NCBI RefSeq assembly: GCF_019464535.1
Contig: NZ_CP080507.1
Location: 1,320,001-1,352,000 of the forward strand
DNA: 32,000 nucleotides
Direction of reading: 5' to 3'
Source of the DNA: Horticoccus luteus
GTDB lineage: Bacteria; Verrucomicrobiota; Verrucomicrobiia; Opitutales; Opitutaceae
Position 1 is the first letter of the stretch. Each line of letters opens with the position of its first letter. The notes beneath the pieces are model-generated. The model made no database searches. It had not been told where the DNA came from and saw nothing but the letters and a program-made list of their open reading frames with translations. Both the position numbers and the translations under genes were made by a program. Below, one piece after another: positions 19,685-27,299 of this stretch.

Positions 19685-21007
19685 ATGAGTCCTGCCACCG
19701 CTCCCCGTCGCCGCGTCGTCATCACTGGTCTCGGTGCGCTCACGCCTGTTGGCGAGACGCATCAAGAGACGTGGTCCTCCCTCATCGCGGGCCGCAGCGG
19801 CATCGGTCGGATCACGCGTTTCGACGCGAGCGGCTGCACGGCGCAAATCGCGGGTGAGGTGAAGAACTTCGACCCTTCGCGACCGCTGGCGCAACCGGTG
19901 TTTCCGCGGGGGGCGGATTCGGCTCCGGTGACGATGGCGATCACGCCGAAGGACGTGAAAAAGCTGGGGCGTTTCTCACATCTGGGCGTGGCGGCGGGGC
20001 TCGAGGCCTACATTGATTCGGGCCTGGATGCGGTGCGCGCGACGCTGCGGCCGGACCGCGTGGGGGTGAACATGGGCGTGGGCCTCGGCGGTCTGCCCGA
20101 GATCGAGGCGATGCACAGCGTATGGCTCGCGGGTGGTTTTCGAAAAATTTCGCCGTTCTTCATCCTGCAAACGGCGCCGAACATCCTGTCGGGGCAACTG
20201 GCGATCCTGTTGGATTTTCGCGGGCCCAACGTCTGCAACACAGCGGCGTGTGCGACGTCGGGACACAGCCTCGGGGAATCGTTGCGCGTGATCCAACGCG
20301 GCGAAGCGGACATCATGCTGGCGGGCGGAGCGGAAGGCGTGATCGGACCGCTGGGGGTGGGCGCGTTTGCGCAGATGCGGGCGCTCTCGACGCGCAACGA
20401 CGACCCGGAGCGCGCCTCGCGGCCGTATGATGTGGACCGTGACGGTTTCGTGATGGGCGAGGGCGCGGTGGCCTTTGTGCTGGAGGAGCGCGAGCATGCG
20501 TTGCAACGCGGTGCGCGGATTTATGCGGAGCTCGCCGGTTATGCCGCGACGGGGGATGCGTATCATCTTTCGTCGCTCGCGCCGGAAGGCGAAGGTTCGC
20601 GGCGGGCGATGGCGCTGGCAATCGACGACGCGGGTTTGCAGCCGGCGGATTTGAGCTACGTGTCGGCCCATGCGACTTCCACGCCCGGCGGCGACGGCGA
20701 GGAAGCCGCGGCGATCGCGGGTCTTTTCGGCGAGGCGCGCGGGCAGTTGCACGTGAGCGGCGTAAAATCGATGACGGGTCATCTGCTCGGAGCGGCGGGC
20801 GCGTTGGGCGCGATGGCGGCGACGCTCGCGATTCACGAAGGCGTAATTCCGCCGACGATCAATTTGGACAACGTCGATCCGGCATGCGCGGCGCTCGGGT
20901 TGAACTTCACGCCGAAGGTGGCCGTGAAAAAGAAAGTGGATGCGGCGCTGGCGAACAGCTTCGGCTTTGGCGGCACGAACGCCTCGCTGGTGGTGCGCCG
21001 CGCTTGA
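19685..21007 (+). CDS. fabF: Beta-ketoacyl-ACP synthase II (KAS II)
   Basis: VVITGLGALTPVG, active-site Cys in NTAACATSGHS, and the His-His pair in HATSTPGGD and KSMTGHLLGAAG. C-terminal NSFGFGGTNASLV. There is no acpP or fabG nearby, so it is probably a paralogue. Confidence 0.9.
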   Translation: MSPATAPRRRVVITGLGALTPVGETHQETWSSLIAGRSGIGRITRFDASGCTAQIAGEVKNFDPSRPLAQPVFPRGADSAPVTMAITPKDVKKLGRFSHLGVAAGLEAYIDSGLDAVRATLRPDRVGVNMGVGLGGLPEIEAMHSVWLAGGFRKISPFFILQTAPNILSGQLAILLDFRGPNVCNTAACATSGHSLGESLRVIQRGEADIMLAGGAEGVIGPLGVGAFAQMRALSTRNDDPERASRPYDVDRDGFVMGEGAVAFVLEEREHALQRGARIYAELAGYAATGDAYHLSSLAPEGEGSRRAMALAIDDAGLQPADLSYVSAHATSTPGGDGEEAAAIAGLFGEARGQLHVSGVKSMTGHLLGAAGALGAMAATLAIHEGVIPPTINLDNVDPACAALGLNFTPKVAVKKKVDAALANSFGFGGTNASLVVRRA

Positions 21008-21247
21008 GCGAAAGGACGGAGGAAAGCATCGCGGCGGGTTGGGCTGGAGAGCGGCCGGCGAAAGGCGGATTTCGCGGCGAGCCGCGCACGGCAATGGGGA
21101 AACGCGGCCGGGCGGGACGGTGGTGGCGCGGTGGGATTGATTAAGGGCGCGGTTTGTGCCGCACTGGGCGGCGATGGTCCGCTCGCTTCTCTCCTTCACG
21201 CATCCGTCCGTGGTGCCGCCGCACACCGGGCGCACCGATTTCCGCCG

Positions 21248-22267
21248 ATGAAACGGCTCTGGCAAAACCTGAGCGCGCGGCTGACTTCGCCGTTGCTCAT
21301 CGCGCTGCTGCTGGGCGCGGGCTTCATGGCGTTTGTGGCGTGGGACCAGTCGCACTGGTGGCGGGTGAAAGAAGATTACGGCTTCGGCTGGCTCGTGCCG
21401 GCGTTTGTCGCGTTCGTGGTTTACGATCGCTGGGAGAAGATTGCGGCGACGGTGGGCGCGTGCGCCGCACCGGGGAGTCCGCGGGCGAGCGGAGTGGTGG
21501 GCAAACTGCAGACCATCGCGGTGGTGGCGGTGATGATTCTGGGGGTGTTGTTTTTCCTGCTCGGGGCGTTTTACCGGGCGGGCGCGGGCACGTCGCAGCC
21601 CGGCACGCTCGCGCTGACGCTGGGGATGATCGGCATTGTTTTGCCGCTGATTTATTTCAACGCGCCGCCCACGCCTGCGCCGACGGTGGCGGGTTTCGGG
21701 CGGGATCCGCGGTTGAAGCTGGCGGCGTTATTCCTGTTCCCGGCGCTCGTGTGGCTGGTGTCGGCGCCGTTGGTGTCGGCGATCGATCAGCAATTGCGGC
21801 TGTTTCTTTTGCGCAAGGTGGTGACGGTCGTCTCGGTGGTTTTCGAGGTGCTGGGCTTGCCGCTGGAGCAACAGGGCAACGTGCTCGTGCTGCCAAGCGG
21901 GGGCACGGTGGGAGTCGAGGATGCGTGCTCGGGGATTCGTTCGCTGACGGGCTGCCTGTTTGCGGGGTCGTTTCTGGCGGCGGTGTTTCTCCAACGGTGG
22001 TGGCAGAAAATCGCGCTGGTTGTGGCGGCGATGATTCTGGCGTTTGTGACGAATCTGGCGCGCGGGCTTTTTCTGACGAGCTGGGCGTATCGTTACGGGG
22101 CCGACTCCATTTCCGGCGAGGTGCACGACATCGCGGGCTACGCGGTGCTGGGCTTGACCGTCGTGGGCCTGCTGCTGCTGCTGCCAATTTTCAACCTCCG
22201 CATTCGCGCGGCGGAAGACGTGCCGGGGAGCGAGATCGATCTGCCGCCGGCGAAAAAAGACGAGTAA
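21248..22267 (+). CDS. Exosortase-family transpeptidase (EpsH/Xrt-like)
   Basis: Polytopic membrane protein with the exosortase catalytic motifs: VEDACSGIRSL (Cys), FVTNLARGLFL (Arg) and VHDIAGY (His). Start taken at the ATG at 21248 (MKRLWQNLSARL...). Confidence 0.82.
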   Translation: MKRLWQNLSARLTSPLLIALLLGAGFMAFVAWDQSHWWRVKEDYGFGWLVPAFVAFVVYDRWEKIAATVGACAAPGSPRASGVVGKLQTIAVVAVMILGVLFFLLGAFYRAGAGTSQPGTLALTLGMIGIVLPLIYFNAPPTPAPTVAGFGRDPRLKLAALFLFPALVWLVSAPLVSAIDQQLRLFLLRKVVTVVSVVFEVLGLPLEQQGNVLVLPSGGTVGVEDACSGIRSLTGCLFAGSFLAAVFLQRWWQKIALVVAAMILAFVTNLARGLFLTSWAYRYGADSISGEVHDIAGYAVLGLTVVGLLLLLPIFNLRIRAAEDVPGSEIDLPPAKKDE

Positions 22268-22327
22268 CTCGTCCGCATCACGGAGCGCGCAGGCAGCGGC
22301 GGACGCACGCACGCGGAGGCGCGAGCG

Positions 22328-22942
22328 TCAGATGGGCCGAGCGGCGAAAACGGCGGCGCGTTGGGCGGCGTCGAGTTCGTGCCAGGTGCCCGGTGCGAGG
22401 TCGGCGAGTGCGAACCGGCCGATGCGGGCTCGCACGAGACGAAGGGTCGGGTGGCCGACGGCGGCGGTCATGCGGCGGACCTGGCGGTTTTTGCCTTCGG
22501 TGAGTTCGAGGGCGAGCCAGCAGTCGGGAATGTTTTTGCGGACGCGAATGGGCGGATCGCGCGGCGGCAGAGCGGGCGCGGGATCGAGAAGCCGTGCGCG
22601 GCAGGAGCGGGTGGTGTAATCGGCGAGACGGACGCCCCGGTCGAGCTGGGCAAGCGCGGCGGGCGAGGGGATGTTTTCCACCTGCGCCCAGTATTCACGC
22701 GGGTGACTGTGGACGGGATCGAGGAGGCGGGCGTTGAGGCCGGGCTCGTCGGCGAGAAGGAGAAGGCCCTCGGAGTCGGCGTCGAGGCGACCGAGTGGAT
22801 AAACGGCGGGCGGGAAATTGAAGTCGGCGAGGGTGCGCCAGCGGGAGCCGGGCTCGGGCGTGAATTGCGAGAGCACGCCGTAGGGTTTGTGGAAGGCGAG
22901 AAGCACCGAGCGTATTTCGCGCGCGCCGGAGCACGCTGACAA
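22328..22942 (-). CDS. rluE: 23S rRNA pseudouridine synthase, RluE-like (RsuA family)
   Basis: VLLAFHKPYGVLSQFT, the catalytic GRLDADSEGLLLL, and EGKNRQVRRMTAAVGHPTLRLVR closely parallel E. coli RluE. The start is uncertain: TTG at 22942 or a GTG 12 codons in. Confidence 0.82.
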   Translation of the reverse strand: MSACSGAREIRSVLLAFHKPYGVLSQFTPEPGSRWRTLADFNFPPAVYPLGRLDADSEGLLLLADEPGLNARLLDPVHSHPREYWAQVENIPSPAALAQLDRGVRLADYTTRSCRARLLDPAPALPPRDPPIRVRKNIPDCWLALELTEGKNRQVRRMTAAVGHPTLRLVRARIGRFALADLAPGTWHELDAAQRAAVFAARPI

Positions 22943-23003
22943 GTAGCAACGGTCGGGACTATCCTATCGACACGACCGAGGCGTCTGAACTCATATTTCG
23001 AGA

Positions 23004-23781
23004 ATGAGTGAATTTCCGCAATTTTTCGGAGTGTCCCCCAGCCAGCAAAATGCGCTCGATCTATTTAAGGGCGAATGGTCAACGCGGTTGCCTGACGCGT
23101 GCGGTTTGGTGGCGAGCACCGGCCCGATGCGGGGCTGTGAGGATTATCGCATCGAGTGGTTTGAGCGGATCGTAGGCGGTTTTACTGGGAAACGCGTGCT
23201 GGAATTGGGCCCGCTCGAAGGCGGTCATAGTTATATGCTGGAAAAGGGGGGCGTCGGAAGTCATTGCAATAGAAGCTAATGCACGTTCATTTCTTAAGTG
23301 CCTCATTATGAAGGAAATTTTCCAGTTGAAGCGCGTGCGCTACGAGCTGGGCGATTTTATTAGATATTTGGAAGAGACCGACGACATATTTGAATTGGGG
23401 ATCGCGAGTGGCGTGCTGTATCATCTTCTCAATCCGGTGGAGTTGATTCGCCTCCTGTCATTGCGATGCCGCTCTATTTTGCTTTGGACGGTCTATTACG
23501 ATGAGGGATTTATGGCGGATAACGTCGAAGTTGGGCGAAGGTTTCACGAAACGCCGGCGGAGACGGTAACCGGAGGATTTGCGCATAAGCTATATCGCAA
23601 GCGCTATGACGAGGCGTTGGAATGGAAAGGCTTTTGCGGCGGCGGCGACGTGGAAGCGTGTTGGTTGGAGCGCGAGACGATTTTGGCAGCCTTTCAATAT
23701 TTTGGATTCAGGGTGATGGAAGTCGTGGACGAAAAGAATCCCAACGGTTCGGCCATGCTGCTGGCGGCGACGCGTCAATAG
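23004..23781 (+). pseudogene. Class I SAM-dependent methyltransferase (CmoB/DUF1698-like fold) split by a +1 frameshift in a G6 run
   Basis: Track ORFs 23004..23279 and 23308..23781 are two halves of one protein. ORF1 ends ...GKRVLELGPLEGGHSYMLEKGG (SAM motif I). The frame of ORF2 is open upstream and reads ASEVIAIEANARSFLKCLIMKEIFQL... Removing one G from GGGGGG (23246-23251) gives a continuous ...MLEKGASEVIAIEAN... of about 258 aa. Confidence 0.75.
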
Positions 23782-24044
23782 TGGTTAGGTTTTTGCCGAC
23801 CAAGAGGAGTGGTTATTTGGGGCGGAGTTCATGCTTGCAGTAGGTATGGGAGGCACCATCCGGAGCAGTTAGGAGCGAGCCGCTCGAACTGCTCTGGGTA
23901 AGACGCCGAAAGTGACACGCGAGACGCGTGCACTCCCCGGACTTGCGCCTTCAAGCTGTGTCGGCTTGCGCAAGGTGTGACGCGGCGACGGGCAACATGC
24001 GACGCGGTTTGCATGATGCCGCTCTACGTTCGATGCTAACCGCC

Positions 24045-25037
24045 ATGAAGGCATACCAATTGACGGCGGTGAATCAGGGGCGGGTGGCGGATGTCACAGC
24101 GCCGGCGGCGGGGGCGGGCGAAGTCGTCATCGCGCTCAAGGCGGCGGCGCTCAATCACCGCGACGTGTGGATCAAGCTCGGCCAATATGCGGGTTTGAAA
24201 TGGCCGTGCATTCCCGGTTCCGACGGAGCCGGCGTCGTCGAATCCGTGGGCGAGGGTGTGGACGCAAAATGGGTCGGACGCGAAGTGATGATTTATCCGG
24301 GCTTGGGTTGGGGCGCGAATGAGGCGGCGCAAAGCGCGGAGTTTTCCATCCTGGGATTGCCGCGTGATGGGACGTTCGCGGAAAAAATCGCCGTGCCGCT
24401 GACGCAGATCGCGGAGCGTCCGGCGCATCTCTCCTGGGAGGAAGCGGCGGCGCTGCCGCTGGCGGGGCTCACGGCTTATCGGGCGTTGTTCAGTCGGGCG
24501 AAGCTGGAGCGGGGCGAACGGGTTTTGGTCAACGGGATCGGAGGGGGCGTGGCTCTGTTTGCGCTGCAATTCGCCGTGGCCGCGGGGGCGGAGGTTTGGG
24601 TGACTTCGAGTGCCGACGAAAAGATCGCGCGGGCGCGGGGATTCGGCGCGCAGGGTGGATTTCGCTACACGGAGGCAGGTTGGGGGGCGCGCGCCGCGAA
24701 GGAGACGGGTGGATTTCAGGTGATCGTGGACGGGGCGGGCGGGGATGGTTGCGAGCAGTTGCTCGATGCGGCGGCACCGGGTGGGCGGATTGTCTTTTAC
24801 GGAGCCACGCGGGGGAATCCATCGGCGTTGGCGATGCGGAAACTGTTTTGGCGTCAGATTTCGGTGCTGGGTTCAACGATGGGTTCGCCGGCGGATTGGG
24901 CGGGGATGGTCGCGATGGTGGCGCGCCACGGCGTGAAGCCGGTGGTGAGCGACGTGTTCCCGCTGGCGCGGGCGGAAGAGGCGCTGGCCTTGATGGAACG
25001 GGGGGAGCAGCTCGGTAAAATTGTGCTGCGGACGTAG
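24045..25037 (+). CDS. Zinc-type alcohol dehydrogenase / quinone oxidoreductase family (MDR) protein
   Basis: MKAYQLTAVNQGRVADV..., ALNHRDVW, PCIPGSDGAGVV, the nucleotide-binding VLVNGIGGGVALFALQFA, and C-terminal GKIVLR. Start trimmed to the ATG at 24045. Confidence 0.85.
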   Translation: MKAYQLTAVNQGRVADVTAPAAGAGEVVIALKAAALNHRDVWIKLGQYAGLKWPCIPGSDGAGVVESVGEGVDAKWVGREVMIYPGLGWGANEAAQSAEFSILGLPRDGTFAEKIAVPLTQIAERPAHLSWEEAAALPLAGLTAYRALFSRAKLERGERVLVNGIGGGVALFALQFAVAAGAEVWVTSSADEKIARARGFGAQGGFRYTEAGWGARAAKETGGFQVIVDGAGGDGCEQLLDAAAPGGRIVFYGATRGNPSALAMRKLFWRQISVLGSTMGSPADWAGMVAMVARHGVKPVVSDVFPLARAEEALALMERGEQLGKIVLRT

Positions 25038-25122
25038 GGTAAACCCGGATTCGTTTTCCGGAGGGTTTGGTAACTGTAGGAAATTGCAGGCGGTTGCGCG
25101 TGGGATCATTACTGCCAGCGCA

Positions 25123-25800
25123 ATGCCGCACGATGTGCCCCCATCGGCTCCCACGCCCATTTCCGCCGACTCGGCGGCCGGTCCGGCGCGGAGCGAAAGT
25201 TGCTTGTGGAGCCCGGTGGGATGGTGGATCGGGATGCTCCTGGCGGCTGTGGGAGGCGGGTGGTGCAGCGGTTGCCAGAGCGGACATTTGTCGACGCGGC
25301 CCGCGGCCTTGGCGTCACCTGCACCGGTGTGCGTGAACAATAATCCGTGGACGGCGGCCGAGACGGTGGCGCGTTTGGCACGGGGAAGAACGGTGGTCGT
25401 GGGCCAAGGCGAGAGCATGTTGCCGCTTTATCCGGCGGGCACGGTGCTGGTGATCGAACGCGTGGCGTGGTCGCAATTGCGCGCGGGGATGACGGTGATT
25501 TACGAGCGCGAGGGGGGCTTGGCGGGCGAGATGGTGGGGCACGTGTTGACGACCCAGGAGGCGCGAGGGTGGGTCGCGCAGGGTTTGAACAACGACGATC
25601 CCGACGACATGCGCGTGACGCCGGGAAACTACGTGGGCACGGTCGTCGCGGCATTTCGCAGGGTCACACCGGGTGGCGATCCCGCGACGTTGCTGGCGGC
25701 AGACATGCCGCGCGGCGCGATGATGCGGGCGGCGCTTGATCAAGGGGGCGTGGCGAGGGGGCGGCCAACGAAGACGGGAAGTCTTGGGTCGATGGAGTAG
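25123..25800 (+). CDS. S24/S26-family peptidase-like protein, apparently Ser/His (Sec11/SipW-like) type
   Basis: TM anchor (VGWWIGMLLAAVGGGW), then GESMLPLYPAGTVLVIE (nucleophile Ser box), ...MVGHVLT..., ...QGLNNDDPDD..., ...NYVGTVV. The start could be 25123 or 25234. The C-terminal ~40 aa are low-complexity. Confidence 0.55.
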   Translation: MPHDVPPSAPTPISADSAAGPARSESCLWSPVGWWIGMLLAAVGGGWCSGCQSGHLSTRPAALASPAPVCVNNNPWTAAETVARLARGRTVVVGQGESMLPLYPAGTVLVIERVAWSQLRAGMTVIYEREGGLAGEMVGHVLTTQEARGWVAQGLNNDDPDDMRVTPGNYVGTVVAAFRRVTPGGDPATLLAADMPRGAMMRAALDQGGVARGRPTKTGSLGSME

Positions 25801-26037
25801 CGAGCGTGGGACTTGAGGATCGTTCGGGCGCGCTCGGCGGAGGAAATGTGCGAACGGAGAAAATACAGGACCGAGCGCGCGAGGGCGCGGGGCGCGGCTT
25901 GTGCTCGGCGTAGGCGGAAGGCGCGGACGCGCATGCGGCTTCTTCTGAACAACGGGCCGGAAAGGGCACTTCGCGAGCGGGCAGAACACTAAGGCGAGGA
26001 AGATTCACCCGGGGAAATCTCGCTGAATTTCCACTCG

Positions 26038-27165
26038 ATGAAAGCTCCCGGCCGCCCGAAACAAAAGCCTGCAGGGCGGCGGCATTGGCTGCTCACGGCG
26101 GGCAGCGTGGTCGTGGTGATCGCGGGCGTGCTGACACTCCTCTCGCCGCTGGTGACCGTCATCGTGAATCACAAGCTGCATTCGCTGGACGGCGTGGAAG
26201 GCCGGGTGGGGCAGGTCGTCATCGCGTGGTGGCGCGGAGGTGTGACGGTGCACGATTTCACGTTGTCCAGCCGGGAGCAGAAGGACGATCCGCCCTTGGT
26301 GAAGGTGAAGACAGCGGCATTGCGGGTGGCGTGGGAGCCGTTGTGGCACGGAAAGATCGGGGGCGCCGCGGTGGTGGACGATGCGGAGTTCACGACGGTG
26401 AAGCGGGAATCCGCGGAGCCGAAGAAGGAGGCGGGAAAAAAGGACGAGAAGATGCAGGCGGCGAAGAAGAAGATCCAGCGCTGGCAGGATCAGTTGCGGC
26501 ACGCGTTTCCGGTGGAGGTGAGTCGTTTCGAGCTGAAGAACGGCCTCGTTCACTTCATCGATCGCACGCACCAGCCAGCGGTCGACGTGGAGACGAAGCA
26601 GGTGCATCTGGTGGTGACCGGCCTGGGCAACCGGCCTGCGGACAAAGAGGGGCCGTTGCCGGCGAAAGCGAAGATGACGGCGGTGACGACGGGCGACGGC
26701 GCGGTGACGGCGACGTTGGAAATCGATCCGCTGGCGAAGCAGCCGCGGTTCAAGGCGACGTTTGAGTTGAAGCACATGAATCTGCCGCCGTTCAACAGTT
26801 TCATGCTGGCCTACGCGGACGCGGACGTGTCGAAGGGGACGTTTGAAGTTTATATGGAGATCAACGCGCAGGGCGGTGCTTACGACGGTTACGTGAAACC
26901 GTTTTTCAAGGACTTGGATTTCTCGAATCCGTCGGACAAGGACAAGAGCCTGGGGAAGCGGATCAAGGAGAAGGCGATCGCGGCGGTGAGTTCGTTGTTA
27001 AAAAACGACGAGGACAAAAAGGTGGCGACGAAGGCGCCGTTTTCGGGAAATTTCGCGCAGAACGACCTGGATATCTGGTCGACGGTGATGAATCTGCTGC
27101 ACAACGCATTTGTGCAGGCGCTGCGCGAAGGGTTGGAGGGGCAGACGCCAACGAAGGCGAAGTGA
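26038..27165 (+). CDS. DUF748-like (AsmA-related) membrane-anchored protein
   Basis: N-terminal TM helix (WLLTAGSVVVVIAGVLTLLSPLV), a Lys/Glu-rich linker, and a C-terminal ...KAPFSGNFAQNDLDIWSTVMNLLHNAFVQAL segment that I recall as typical of DUF748 proteins. This is memory-level recognition only. Confidence 0.65.
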   Translation: MKAPGRPKQKPAGRRHWLLTAGSVVVVIAGVLTLLSPLVTVIVNHKLHSLDGVEGRVGQVVIAWWRGGVTVHDFTLSSREQKDDPPLVKVKTAALRVAWEPLWHGKIGGAAVVDDAEFTTVKRESAEPKKEAGKKDEKMQAAKKKIQRWQDQLRHAFPVEVSRFELKNGLVHFIDRTHQPAVDVETKQVHLVVTGLGNRPADKEGPLPAKAKMTAVTTGDGAVTATLEIDPLAKQPRFKATFELKHMNLPPFNSFMLAYADADVSKGTFEVYMEINAQGGAYDGYVKPFFKDLDFSNPSDKDKSLGKRIKEKAIAAVSSLLKNDEDKKVATKAPFSGNFAQNDLDIWSTVMNLLHNAFVQALREGLEGQTPTKAK

Positions 27166-27299
27166 AGCGGGGCGGCGGGGCGAGCAGCGCCGGGCGAGAG
27201 CGGCGGGCAGCGGAAAGAGGAGGGCGGACGGAGATGGGCGGAAGCGGCGCGTGCAGTTCGGGATTGTTGTGCGGGGCGAGCACGTTGGAGACTGGCGCG

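Noticed and set aside
22986-23831. A 7-bp inverted match (TGAACTC at 22986-22992 and GAGTTCA at 23825-23831) flanking the AT-richer islet, considered as possible terminal inverted repeats.
   Set aside because: It is too short to be distinguishable from chance. There is no transposase and no target-site duplication.
23863-23933. Considered whether the hairpin-rich spacer encodes a tRNA, SRP RNA, tmRNA or RNase P RNA.
   Set aside because: It has no cloverleaf or T-loop (GTTCGAATC-like) sequence, no SRP domain IV GGAA/AGCA motifs and no RNase P GAGGAAAGTCC box. It is kept only as an unexplained structured region in the findings.
25045-25061. Hairpin CCGGA-ttcgttt-TCCGG after the oxidoreductase stop, considered as an intrinsic terminator.
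   Set aside because: The stem is only 5 bp and the downstream T tract is weak (GGGTTTGG). That is not enough to call a terminator.
25828-25880. Perfect 10-bp inverted repeat (GCGCGCTCGG ... CCGAGCGCGC, 33-nt loop) in the leader of the DUF748-like gene.
   Set aside because: By a rough estimate, a GC-only 10-mer dyad within about 50 nt should occur by chance a few times in a 32-kb window of this composition. There is no T tract and no recognisable riboswitch core.
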